A DNA stretch of 64,000 bases. Source: Candidatus Enterousia sp. (GTDB lineage Bacteria > Pseudomonadota > Alphaproteobacteria > Rs-D84). Each line of letters opens with the position of its first letter. The stretch's first letter is position 1. This document shows, one piece after another, positions 18,235-27,084 of the stretch. The notes beneath the pieces were generated by a model that was not told where the DNA came from, searched no databases, and saw only the letters and a program-made list of their open reading frames with translations. The DNA lies in assembly GCA_045614145.1 (NCBI GenBank), contig JAZLCH010000007.1, positions 5,806 to 69,805 on the forward strand, given 5' to 3'. Made by a program: the position numbers and the translations under genes.

Positions 18235-18912
18235 TTATTTTATCATAATTTTACCTTCTGATAAAGTTGTCGTGTTTGTTATGTTGATTAGGTTGGTGAA
18301 ATCTGTTTGGTGACTGATTATCAGAAATGTTGTGTTGGGCATATTGGCAATTGTATCTGCAATTAATTTTTTTGTATCGGTGTCTGCGCCAGAATCTGGT
18401 TCGTCCAGTATTGCAAATTTTGGATTGGCAATCATCAAGCGTAATAACATTATTCTTTTGCGTTCGCCACCAGAAAAACCAACGTTAATACCACGGTTTA
18501 GCCATTCACGCGGAATGTCCAGTTTGATTCGTGTGCTTTCCAGTGTTTCTAAAAATTCCGCCATTGATAAATCGTGACCGGTGTTAAAGTGTGCATGTGC
18601 AGCGCAAGAATGCTTTAGAAAACTGATTAGTGTCAGACCAGGGATTTCGGGTACGTGTTGTGCGCCCAGGAATATTCCCTGCAGGGCTCGTGTGGTTATG
18701 TTTTCTTTTGTTATGTCCTGATTTTCAAAAATAATTTGTCCTGATTTAACCTTGTATTCTGGAATGCCTGCGATTGTTTGGGCTAATGTTGATTTGCCAG
18801 AACCGTTGTGACCGCACAGCAGGTGGCGTTCGCCAGATTGTATTTCAAGATTTATATCCGTTAATAATTCGCGTTTATCCATGGATATGGTAAGATTTTT
18901 TATAGCTAGCAT
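18235..18912 (-). CDS. sufC: Fe-S cluster assembly ATPase SufC
   Basis: Walker A GHNGSGKST and the SufC-type N-terminus. 4-nt gap after sufB. Confidence 0.85.
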   Translation of the reverse strand: MLAIKNLTISMDKRELLTDINLEIQSGERHLLCGHNGSGKSTLAQTIAGIPEYKVKSGQIIFENQDITKENITTRALQGIFLGAQHVPEIPGLTLISFLKHSCAAHAHFNTGHDLSMAEFLETLESTRIKLDIPREWLNRGINVGFSGGERKRIMLLRLMIANPKFAILDEPDSGADTDTKKLIADTIANMPNTTFLIISHQTDFTNLINITNTTTLSEGKIMIK

Positions 18913-18915
18913 TTT

Positions 18916-20244
18916 TTAATCCTTGGCCAGTGCCATTTGTATTAATTGTTTTGATTCAACCAAAAATTCCATCGGCAGACGTGATAGTACAGGGGTTGCT
19001 GCTGCGCCAATAATCAGGGCGGTGGCAACATCTGTTTCAATACCGGCCATGTTCAGATAGTTTAATGCGGCAGCATCGATGGTGCCAGTGCGCGCTTCGT
19101 GTGATTGATGATTGTTTTGGCCGTTGTGAATTATGCGGGGCAGGGTGTTTGCAACTGCGTTGTCGCCTATTAAGCGACTGTCGCATTTCGAGGCGTTGTT
19201 GCAATGATTGCCTGTAAATGATACCAGGCTGCGAAAAGTTTGGACGGAGTGGTCCAGTGCCACCCCATACGATACGATGTTTGATGTTGAGTTGTCGCCA
19301 ATGTGTATCATTTTCGTGCCGGTGTCTGCCTGTTGGCCACCACGTGTTATGGATAGTGAATAAAAGTCGCTGTATGCATTGTTTCCGCGTAAAATTGTCG
19401 ATGGATACTTCCAGGTTAGGGCGCTGCCGATTTCCATTTGGGTCCATAATAATTTTGCATTGTCGTGACAGATGCCGCGTTTCGTTACAAAATTAAAAAT
19501 GCCACCATTGTTCTGTTTGCCGTCAAAGTCACCTGCAAACCAATTTTGTACGGTTGCATATTTCACGATTGCGTTATCGTGGGCGATAATTTCAACAACC
19601 CCGCTGTGCAGTTGGTGATTGGGGCGACGGGGCGCGCTGCAGCCTTCCATGTATGTTAATTCGGCGCCTGTGTCTGCAATGATTAATGTGCGTTCAAATT
19701 GCCCGATTTTTGCGGTCTCGATTCTAAAATAGCTGGCTAAATCAATTGGGCATTTGGTGTTAGGTGGGATGTATACAAACGTTCCGTCTGAAAATACGGC
19801 GGCATTAAGGGCCGCAAAAAAGTTGTCGGTTGCAGGTACTACGGTGCCCAGGTGTTTCTGTACCAGATCAGGGTGCTGTTTTACTGCATCAGAAAATGGC
19901 AGGAATATAATTCCATGTTTTTCCAATTCGGACGTGTATGATGTGTGGACAGAACGACTGTCGATGACGGTGTCTGTTGCCATGCCCAGCAGTGCGCGCT
20001 TTTCAGATTCAGGCAGCCCCATCTTGTCGTATACGGATTCTAAATCAGAATTATCAATTGGCCTGGTTTCGTTGTAATAATTTAGGTCGTCATAGTCAAT
20101 CGCAGAATAATCAATCGTTCCCCAGTGGGGTTCTGTCATTTTTTTCCAGGCGGTAAATGCGTCCAGTCGCCATTGCAATAACCATGTGGGTTCATCGCGG
20201 GATGATGATATTTCGCGAATAAGATTTTCACACAGTTTTGCCAT
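18916..20244 (-). CDS. sufB: Fe-S cluster assembly protein SufB
   Basis: YMEGCSAP...LHSGVVEI motif and a beta-helix C-terminal region shared with SufB/SufD. 442 aa. Confidence 0.8.
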   Translation of the reverse strand: MAKLCENLIREISSSRDEPTWLLQWRLDAFTAWKKMTEPHWGTIDYSAIDYDDLNYYNETRPIDNSDLESVYDKMGLPESEKRALLGMATDTVIDSRSVHTSYTSELEKHGIIFLPFSDAVKQHPDLVQKHLGTVVPATDNFFAALNAAVFSDGTFVYIPPNTKCPIDLASYFRIETAKIGQFERTLIIADTGAELTYMEGCSAPRRPNHQLHSGVVEIIAHDNAIVKYATVQNWFAGDFDGKQNNGGIFNFVTKRGICHDNAKLLWTQMEIGSALTWKYPSTILRGNNAYSDFYSLSITRGGQQADTGTKMIHIGDNSTSNIVSYGVALDHSVQTFRSLVSFTGNHCNNASKCDSRLIGDNAVANTLPRIIHNGQNNHQSHEARTGTIDAAALNYLNMAGIETDVATALIIGAAATPVLSRLPMEFLVESKQLIQMALAKD

Positions 20245-20260
20245 TTATGCCTTTCTTTTG

Positions 20261-20803
20261 TTATGCGCTTTGGGTGGCCAGTTGCTTTGCCTGGGCAAAA
20301 AATGTCAGGGATTGCCCCAGCAGGCCATCTGTAAACGTGTTAGACAGTAAACCATCTGGTTCGGTCGTTGTCAAATGGTGCAGGAAATTATCTGCGCGGT
20401 GCATATAGTTGTCAATGTTGCGGGCGACTTCGGAATCCAGTTTTATTGCGCGACGTAATTTTTCCAGGGCAAATGGGTTTTTTGCATATTCGTCCATTAT
20501 GCCGCCCAGGGCGCGCCATAATGCATGCTCGGGCGTGTTGCGTGGCATAATGTCAATGGCGGCCATGACAGGAATCAGATTTTGTAACAGGTCTTGGTAA
20601 ATCATTTCGGCGTTTTCTGCAACCGCATTCGTTGCCGATTTGTTTTTTAGTATCGATTGAATCTTTACCATCAGGTTGTATTGGTGTTCCAGCGTTTTGT
20701 TTATGCCGTTGATTTGTGAATTTGTTCGATGGATGTAATATGCAATAAAACCAACTGATAAAACAATAATGCTAAGTGCGATAAAAATTATAGTGTTTGT
20801 CAT
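20261..20803 (-). CDS. Hypothetical single-pass membrane protein, 180 aa from the Met at 20803
   Basis: RBS AGGAGA upstream of the internal Met, followed by an N-terminal TM helix. It is the first gene of the suf-containing operon. Confidence 0.5.
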   Translation of the reverse strand: MTNTIIFIALSIIVLSVGFIAYYIHRTNSQINGINKTLEHQYNLMVKIQSILKNKSATNAVAENAEMIYQDLLQNLIPVMAAIDIMPRNTPEHALWRALGGIMDEYAKNPFALEKLRRAIKLDSEVARNIDNYMHRADNFLHHLTTTEPDGLLSNTFTDGLLGQSLTFFAQAKQLATQSA

Positions 20804-20979
20804 GTTCTTTGTCTCCTGGGGGGTAATTCTGGGCATTAGTATAACATCTTTTTGCGATTCGCGCGATTTTATCTTTTGCAGATTGATTTATGTGTGTTTT
20901 AGGTCTTGCACAGATTCGGCCAAATTGTTATAATATATTACAAAGCAAGGGAAGTTTTATAAGGGAAAGGAAGGTTCTT

Positions 20980-21918
20980 ATGTTCCGTAAGGTGTTGATT
21001 TTTGCTATGTTTGCAACGGCGGCAGGCTATTGCTTTGCGTCGGAATTGCCCCAGGTTATAACGTCAGAAGTTTTTTATGAACAAGACAGGTATGTTGATG
21101 GTTCAGATTATGAACAGGTTGACGTGATGCAGGTCGAGGTGCCGGCGTGGCCCTTGGCAGGCAGTGATGCGGATGTCGAAGTTTCGTGCGAACATGGGGC
21201 GTGTAATAAAAAAAAGCAGGATGAAAATATTCGTATAGTCTCAAAGATTGGGGCGGATTTAGTCGTGGAAAATAATTTTAATCTGGGGGCACGTGGTTCG
21301 TTTGCTGGTTGGTCTGGTGGCGCAAATATGTTGCACGGTAATCAGGTTCCGGTTGGCTTTGATGATGAATGCAATAATAATTCAGAAATGCCATTGCTGC
21401 ATCGCGAGGTTTTAGAGGATGATGGTGGTAATGTGTTGGCTGTGTCGCGCAGTGGTCGCAAGAATTGCGGTAAATATGCCAATAATTATGAGGGCTTTGC
21501 TTTGCGTAACGGTATGCGGGTTGATGCAAAAACGGCAGACGGTAAAAGAATTGTGACCAAAGAAGATGGAACAAGTGTTGTAGAAGAATTTGTAGAAGAA
21601 TCTGAAACGGAAATTTTGGTCGATGCGTCTGCAGATGCCGAAGCGCCACAGATTGTGAAAGACCAGGTTCGTTCTTGGGTTGTGGCAAATGGTCAGACGT
21701 TGCGCGAAGTGCTGCAATCGTGGTGTGACAAAGAAGGTTGGGATTTGGTGTGGACAACCCCGCGTGAGTATCCGATTGAGGCCAGTGCTGTCTTTAAGGG
21801 GCGCTTTGTCGATGTGGCGTCGGCGTTGGTTCGTAATTTTGGGCGTGCGACACCAATCCCGTATGCGAAGTTCTATAAGGGAAATCGTGTGTTGGTGATT
21901 TCTGCTTCGCAGGAATAG
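20980..21918 (+). CDS. Secreted protein with a TcpQ/BfpG-like C-terminal domain (type IVb pilus secretin accessory protein-like)
   Basis: Signal peptide. The C-terminus WVVANGQTLREVLQSWCDKEGWDLVW...FKGRFVDVASALVRNFG resembles the TcpQ domain. It immediately precedes a lipoprotein secretin, as tcpQ precedes tcpC and bfpG precedes bfpB. Confidence 0.45.
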   Translation: MFRKVLIFAMFATAAGYCFASELPQVITSEVFYEQDRYVDGSDYEQVDVMQVEVPAWPLAGSDADVEVSCEHGACNKKKQDENIRIVSKIGADLVVENNFNLGARGSFAGWSGGANMLHGNQVPVGFDDECNNNSEMPLLHREVLEDDGGNVLAVSRSGRKNCGKYANNYEGFALRNGMRVDAKTADGKRIVTKEDGTSVVEEFVEESETEILVDASADAEAPQIVKDQVRSWVVANGQTLREVLQSWCDKEGWDLVWTTPREYPIEASAVFKGRFVDVASALVRNFGRATPIPYAKFYKGNRVLVISASQE

Positions 21919-21951
21919 TTTAATATACAGATGTCGTAGGAGAATATAAAT

Positions 21952-23580
21952 ATGATTAAGCCAATGAAATTTTTGATTTTGTCTGTGCTGGTGTTGGCAA
22001 CTGTTACAGGGTGTGCTAAGCGCGAATCGGCCAAGGTTGCGGCATCTGTTGACCAGGATTTTATTAATGCGTACGATGCGTTTGAAATGGCAAAGAATCC
22101 GCGTGCTAAGGTGGCTAGTGGTGATACTGTTTCTATGTCTGAAGGGGTTTGGTTGGGTAATAAATCTGTTGCATTAGAGCATAGAAATAAATTGCCGTCT
22201 AAATTTGAAACGGATATGGGTGTGACTATTTTATTGGATGAGCCTGTGGCGTTGCAGGTGTTGGCAAATGATGTTTATTCTGTGACAGGAATTCCGGTTA
22301 AAATTGATGGTCAAGTGTCAGGGGAAAAATTAAAAAAACAGGTTAATGTTGCCTATACGGGACGTTTGTCGGGTTTGCTGAATCAGGTTGCGACAGATTT
22401 GGATTTGTTGTGGTATTATGACAATAATTCAATTGTTTTCTATGAAACAGAAACGAAAACGTTTTCGTTATATGCACTGGGGACTGAGGTTGCGTATCAG
22501 ACGTCTGTGTCAACGGATAATTCAAATGAGGTGTCTTTGGAATCAACGTTGAAGGAGTGGGATGAAGTTGAAAAAGCGATTTCTTCAATTATTGGTAAGG
22601 CGGAAAATGCGGACTTTACCGTGTCGCGCAGTTTGGGAACAATTACGGTGACTGCATCACCATCTGTGTTAGCGCGCGTTAGTGAATATATTGAACGTCA
22701 GAATAAGCGTTTGAGCCAGCTGGTTACAATCGACGTTAAGGTTTTGCAGGTCACGATTTCTAATAATTCGGCATTTGGTCTGAATTTGGCGGCGGCAATT
22801 AATTCTACGTCGGGGTTGAATATTGTTGCAAATCCAAAAAATAATCTGGCATCGACCGAGGCCAGTTCTATGAATATTGCGGTTCTGTCAAATACAGTAT
22901 CTGCATTGACGGGTGCGACGCACATGGAAAATGGTTCGTTGGTAGATGGTGCGTATACAAATGATCAAATTATGAATGGGTCTTTGTCGGGTGCCGCAGG
23001 CAGTAATGCATTAATTGAGGCCTTGGCAAAGCAGGGCAAGGTTTCTTTGGTGACGAATGTTGGTGTGACGACACGTTCAAATCGTGTTGCACCCGTCAGC
23101 AATACCCGTACAACAGGATATATTAAACGTTTTGAATCACGCAACTTTACAACCGTTGAATCCAGTACAGTTGATCAGGATGATTTAGAGACAGGATTTA
23201 CAATGCAGTTATTGCCAAATGTGTTAGAAAATGGGAAAATTTTGTTGCTGTTCCGTATGTCTGTGCGTGAATTGCTGCGTATGTCAACCCAGACAATTGG
23301 CGAAGTGACACTGCAGTTGCCAGAGGTGGAAGAACGCAGCTTTATGCAAGAAGTTATTATGGAATCGGGTCAGATGTTGGTTGTTTCTGGTTTTGAAAAG
23401 CAGACAAACCAAGATACGCGTTATGGATTGGGTGATCCGGACTTTATGGCGCTGTCTGGTTCGCGTGAAACCCAGGCAACGCGTGAAGTATTGGTCGTTA
23501 TCCTGACGCCACAGGTTCTGATTAGCCCAATGGATATGGAACGCAGTATTCAGCAGCATTGGGGCGCGCCACTGAATTAG
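21952..23580 (+). CDS. Outer-membrane lipoprotein secretin (BfpB/TcpC/PilN type IVb-pilus secretin family)
   Basis: Lipobox VTGC. A secretin-N-like segment (TITVTASPSVLARVSEYIERQNKRLSQLVTIDVKVLQV). A C-terminal secretin domain ending ...VLVVILTPQVLI. 542 aa, close to BfpB in size. Confidence 0.7.
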   Translation: MIKPMKFLILSVLVLATVTGCAKRESAKVAASVDQDFINAYDAFEMAKNPRAKVASGDTVSMSEGVWLGNKSVALEHRNKLPSKFETDMGVTILLDEPVALQVLANDVYSVTGIPVKIDGQVSGEKLKKQVNVAYTGRLSGLLNQVATDLDLLWYYDNNSIVFYETETKTFSLYALGTEVAYQTSVSTDNSNEVSLESTLKEWDEVEKAISSIIGKAENADFTVSRSLGTITVTASPSVLARVSEYIERQNKRLSQLVTIDVKVLQVTISNNSAFGLNLAAAINSTSGLNIVANPKNNLASTEASSMNIAVLSNTVSALTGATHMENGSLVDGAYTNDQIMNGSLSGAAGSNALIEALAKQGKVSLVTNVGVTTRSNRVAPVSNTRTTGYIKRFESRNFTTVESSTVDQDDLETGFTMQLLPNVLENGKILLLFRMSVRELLRMSTQTIGEVTLQLPEVEERSFMQEVIMESGQMLVVSGFEKQTNQDTRYGLGDPDFMALSGSRETQATREVLVVILTPQVLISPMDMERSIQQHWGAPLN

Positions 23581-23730
23581 GTGCTGTATTGATTTAGGTT
23601 TGAAACGGACATCTGGGGGCGGTATATGCATCTTGGGTGTCCGTTTTTTTGTGGCTGGATTGCCGGGGATGATTTATTTGTTAAGTGTTGTAATGATATG
23701 TTTTGGCTTTTGTCTGTGGTTTTTTTGTGG

Positions 23731-23736
23731 TATAAT
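23731..23736 (+). promoter_or_regulatory. Extended -10 element (TGgTATAAT) upstream of the outer membrane protein gene
   Basis: gTGgTATAAT lies 22 nt before the RBS AAAAGGAG. Confidence 0.4.
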
Positions 23737-23758
23737 TTTACGTAAAAGGAGATTAATT

Positions 23759-24976
23759 ATGAAAAACACATTGTTTGGTCTTATGGGGGTGTTGTCTGTG
23801 TTAGCGGTCTTGGATGCAAATGCGGCAACAAATTTTGGTGCGCGTTCGGCATCCAGTGCAGATTTGTCAGGTGCGCCGGCGGTACGTACGCGTGAAAAGG
23901 TGAATTATCAGAAATATCAGACGCGCACAACGAAAAAAACCTATGAAACAAAAGATGCGGCAGATTTGTACTATACAAAACCGGCAAATCGCAGTGCGCT
24001 GTATAAACAGTATGAGGGGGCGTCTTCATCTGCAGCATCTGCGGTCAAGACAACAAAGCGCACAACGCGTTCTGAAAAGGTTGTTAATAAGTTGTCACGT
24101 AAATATTTTATAGCCCATCCGTTCTATCAGCCTTTGGGTGGTGTGTTTGGTTCGGTGACCGATTTGGGTTATACGTCCAGTGGATATGATTTTGATATTG
24201 CAACCACAACACCAATTGGTGGTAACTGGGATATGAGCCGTTTTACCATCAAAGAAGATCTTAGTTATGGTATCACAGATACAATTGCAATGATGGCTAT
24301 GTTGCAATTTGATATGGATGAATATAAATTCGAATGGGACGATAATTCGTCATCTGATAAAATGGATGATAATGGTTTAAATATGTTTGGTATTGGTGGT
24401 CAATGGCGTTTCAAGGATAATGAAAAATGGATTGGTATGGCATCCGCATACTACCAGCATCAGAAAGATATTTCTGATAACTTCTTGTTAGAGGTTAAGG
24501 CAGGATACAAAATTGCATCGTCAACTGTTTATGGGCTGATGCGTGGATGGTATCTGGCATTGGATGGAAATTCATATGGTAATGGGGTAGAAGGTAAGGA
24601 TGAAGCTGGAAATTACCAGGTTTTGTATATGCCGTACCAAATTGGTGAAGATTCAGCAATCTATTTCGAAGGTGGAATGGGTGTGTTCAGCGTGCTGAAC
24701 AAAGATTGGACGCTGAATCTGGAGGGTGTATTTGGACACTATGATTGGCACAATTCTGCAACGATCAAGGGGGCCATTGGGTGGCAGCCAAATGATTGGT
24801 TCGCGTTGAATCTGTATGCAAAAACAGTGTTCTGGGACAGTGCAGATGGCAAGAAATTGGACACATTGTATTTGTCGCCAGATTTGGGGTATGACCAATG
24901 GACAAATATTGGCAAAGCAAAGTTAGATAATTATGCGGAAACGTCAATCGGCCTGCAGGTTATGTTCCAGTTCTAG
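23759..24976 (+). CDS. Outer-membrane beta-barrel protein, about 405 aa
   Basis: Signal peptide MKNTLFGLMGVLSVLAVLDANA, alternating beta strands, C-terminal ...GLQVMFQF. Confidence 0.6.
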   Translation: MKNTLFGLMGVLSVLAVLDANAATNFGARSASSADLSGAPAVRTREKVNYQKYQTRTTKKTYETKDAADLYYTKPANRSALYKQYEGASSSAASAVKTTKRTTRSEKVVNKLSRKYFIAHPFYQPLGGVFGSVTDLGYTSSGYDFDIATTTPIGGNWDMSRFTIKEDLSYGITDTIAMMAMLQFDMDEYKFEWDDNSSSDKMDDNGLNMFGIGGQWRFKDNEKWIGMASAYYQHQKDISDNFLLEVKAGYKIASSTVYGLMRGWYLALDGNSYGNGVEGKDEAGNYQVLYMPYQIGEDSAIYFEGGMGVFSVLNKDWTLNLEGVFGHYDWHNSATIKGAIGWQPNDWFALNLYAKTVFWDSADGKKLDTLYLSPDLGYDQWTNIGKAKLDNYAETSIGLQVMFQF

Positions 24977-25050
24977 GGACGTGCTAAATTAATGCCCCCG
25001 GTTACGGGGGCAGGGGTGTTTTATCGCAAAAGGGGGAGAGAGGGTTCACT

Positions 25051-25782
25051 ATGCGTAAATTTTTGTCAGTATTTATGTTGTCTGTTTGTGTGTTGGTGCC
25101 AACGTTGTCACATGCAAATGATTTGTCCCAGGATACGTCTGATCCATTGTTTATGTTGCAGACCGAAGGGATTTTGTCGCGTTCGTCTTTGACGTATTGG
25201 GACCATATCTTGCGTGCAGGACAGGCAATGTCGTATGGTATGAACAATCGTTTAACAATTGGGGCGGATGTTCATTATCAGCATGATTTTAATGGCCCAG
25301 AAGACGGCTTTTCTGCGATTGATTTGGGGGCGACGTATCGTATGGGGGCGGCAGATGATAACGATTCCCACATAATATCGGATGTCTTGTTTGGTTTTAA
25401 ATTTGGTGGCAGTTCGCGTGTGCGCACACCAGATTATGCGGATTCAACGTATTATGCGGGTTTGCGTTTTGGGCGTCAGTATGCAGGAATGACACTGGCA
25501 GCGACAATTAAGTCTACATGGGTGTTTGATGATGTGCGTGGTGTTGCATTCTTGGATTTTACGCCAGAGGCATACTTTCGTATCGCACCTGATTTTCGTT
25601 TGGGAACAGGGCTGACCGTGCGCAAGGCAACCCATAAAATCGATGGAATGGATTTTGACCAAGAATGGCTGCATACGAAGCTGGTACGTCAATTTGGCTA
25701 TACCCAATATATTGGGCGTGTTGATTATGAATTTGAATCTGATGATTTTCAGGTTGGCGCCCAGATTAACGTGCTGTTTTAA
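25051..25782 (+). CDS. Outer-membrane beta-barrel protein, 243 aa
   Basis: Signal peptide, C-terminal ...GAQINVLF. Confidence 0.6.
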   Translation: MRKFLSVFMLSVCVLVPTLSHANDLSQDTSDPLFMLQTEGILSRSSLTYWDHILRAGQAMSYGMNNRLTIGADVHYQHDFNGPEDGFSAIDLGATYRMGAADDNDSHIISDVLFGFKFGGSSRVRTPDYADSTYYAGLRFGRQYAGMTLAATIKSTWVFDDVRGVAFLDFTPEAYFRIAPDFRLGTGLTVRKATHKIDGMDFDQEWLHTKLVRQFGYTQYIGRVDYEFESDDFQVGAQINVLF

Positions 25783-25846
25783 CCGGTTGCGTATTGTAAG
25801 GTTTGATGTAAACGGGGCGGTTGTGTCCCGTTTTTATTAATCAAAG

Positions 25847-25867
25847 TGTTTGAATTTTTTTTTTTTT
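25847..25867. repeat. Homopolymeric poly-T tract (T21)
   Basis: 21 consecutive T residues immediately upstream of a TATAAT at 25872-25877. Confidence 0.9.
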
Positions 25868-26020
25868 TTTTTTTTTTGCTGTATAATGTGTGTGCATTGG
25901 GAAAACTGTGTGGGGTGTAACGGCCCGTTCAGTCGTCAGTGATGACGTTAAATACCAGAACCGATGTTAGAAAAAATAATTTGCAATGGTATGGCCATGA
26001 TTTTATGTAAACGACGTAAA

Positions 26021-26056
26021 TAAAAATCCCCCAAACGGGGGATTTAATTTTTTCTG
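26021..26056. terminator. Bidirectional terminator (rpsT 3' end)
   Basis: ATCCCCCAAACGGGGGAT hairpin with T-runs on both strands. Confidence 0.7.
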
Positions 26057-26064
26057 AAATGATA

Positions 26065-26325
26065 TTAAGCCATTTTGGCAATTTTTTTGGCCAGACGTGA
26101 AATCTTGCGTGCAGCGCGTTTCTTAGGCATGATTTTGCCAGCAGATTTCATAATCTTGCTTTCTGCGTTGCGGGCCGCAACAGTTGCCGCCGCCTTGTCG
26201 CCAGATTCAATTGCAATCAATGCCTTTTTAGTCGCGGTTTTAACAACACTGCGACGTGATGTGTTGATTGCGTTTTTCTTGGCAGTTACCAAAATTCTTT
26301 TTTCAGATGACTTATGATTTGCCAC
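26065..26325 (-). CDS. rpsT: 30S ribosomal protein S20
   Basis: MANHKSSEKRILVTAKKNAINTSRRS..., a basic 86-aa protein typical of S20. Confidence 0.9.
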   Translation of the reverse strand: MANHKSSEKRILVTAKKNAINTSRRSVVKTATKKALIAIESGDKAAATVAARNAESKIMKSAGKIMPKKRAARKISRLAKKIAKMA

Positions 26326-26398
26326 TTTATTTTCCTTTTATTTTTGTTTTGATTTTGCTATTTTATAAAAAACAAACATAAAATCAAGGAAAAATAAC

Positions 26399-26986
26399 AT
26401 GATTTACTTAATTGCAATTATTATCTCTTATTTGTTGGGCAGTGTGCCAATGGGATTAATACTGACAAAACTGGCGGGCAAGGGTGATTTGCGAAAGGTG
26501 GGCAGTGGTAATATTGGCGCAACCAATGTTATGCGTGTTGGTGGACTGCGTATGGCAGGATTGGTTTGGTTGATGGATATGGCCAAGGCAATCGCAGCCG
26601 TGTTGGTTGGAAAATATGTTGCAGGTGATGCGTTTGGTGCATGGTGTGGATTTGCTGCAATTGTTGGGCACTGTTATCCGGTTTGGCTGCGTTTCAAGGG
26701 CGGTAAAGGGATTTCGTCGCTGTTTGGGGTGCTGTTGGCAGTTAGTCCTGTGTCATTCGCTGTTTGTGGAATTGAATGGTTGGTGGTCGCACTGGCCAGT
26801 GGGATTTCTTCGTTAGGGGCGGTGATTGTATTCTGCCTGATTCCAGTGTTGGGTTTCGTAATTTCTGTGCAGGTTGGGTTTGCTTTCTTGGCGATTGGGT
26901 TGCTGTGCATGTGGCGGCATCGTGAAAATATTAAACGGTTGATTGCAGGTGTGGAATCTAAAATCGAATGGAAGTGGAAGAAATAA
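26399..26986 (+). CDS. plsY: Glycerol-3-phosphate acyltransferase PlsY
   Basis: GSGNIGATNVMRVGG motif. 195-aa membrane protein. Confidence 0.85.
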   Translation: MIYLIAIIISYLLGSVPMGLILTKLAGKGDLRKVGSGNIGATNVMRVGGLRMAGLVWLMDMAKAIAAVLVGKYVAGDAFGAWCGFAAIVGHCYPVWLRFKGGKGISSLFGVLLAVSPVSFAVCGIEWLVVALASGISSLGAVIVFCLIPVLGFVISVQVGFAFLAIGLLCMWRHRENIKRLIAGVESKIEWKWKK

Positions 26987-26990
26987 AAAT

Positions 26991-27020
26991 AAGCGGGAAA
27001 GTTCCCGCCTATTTTTATTT
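26991..27020 (+). terminator. Terminator after plsY
   Basis: GCGGGAAAGTTCCCGC hairpin followed by a T-run. Confidence 0.65.
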
Positions 27021-27084
27021 GGGACTTTATTTTTTGTCAAATTTGTGATATAATATGGCCAAGCATTTTAATGGGGGATAGAGA

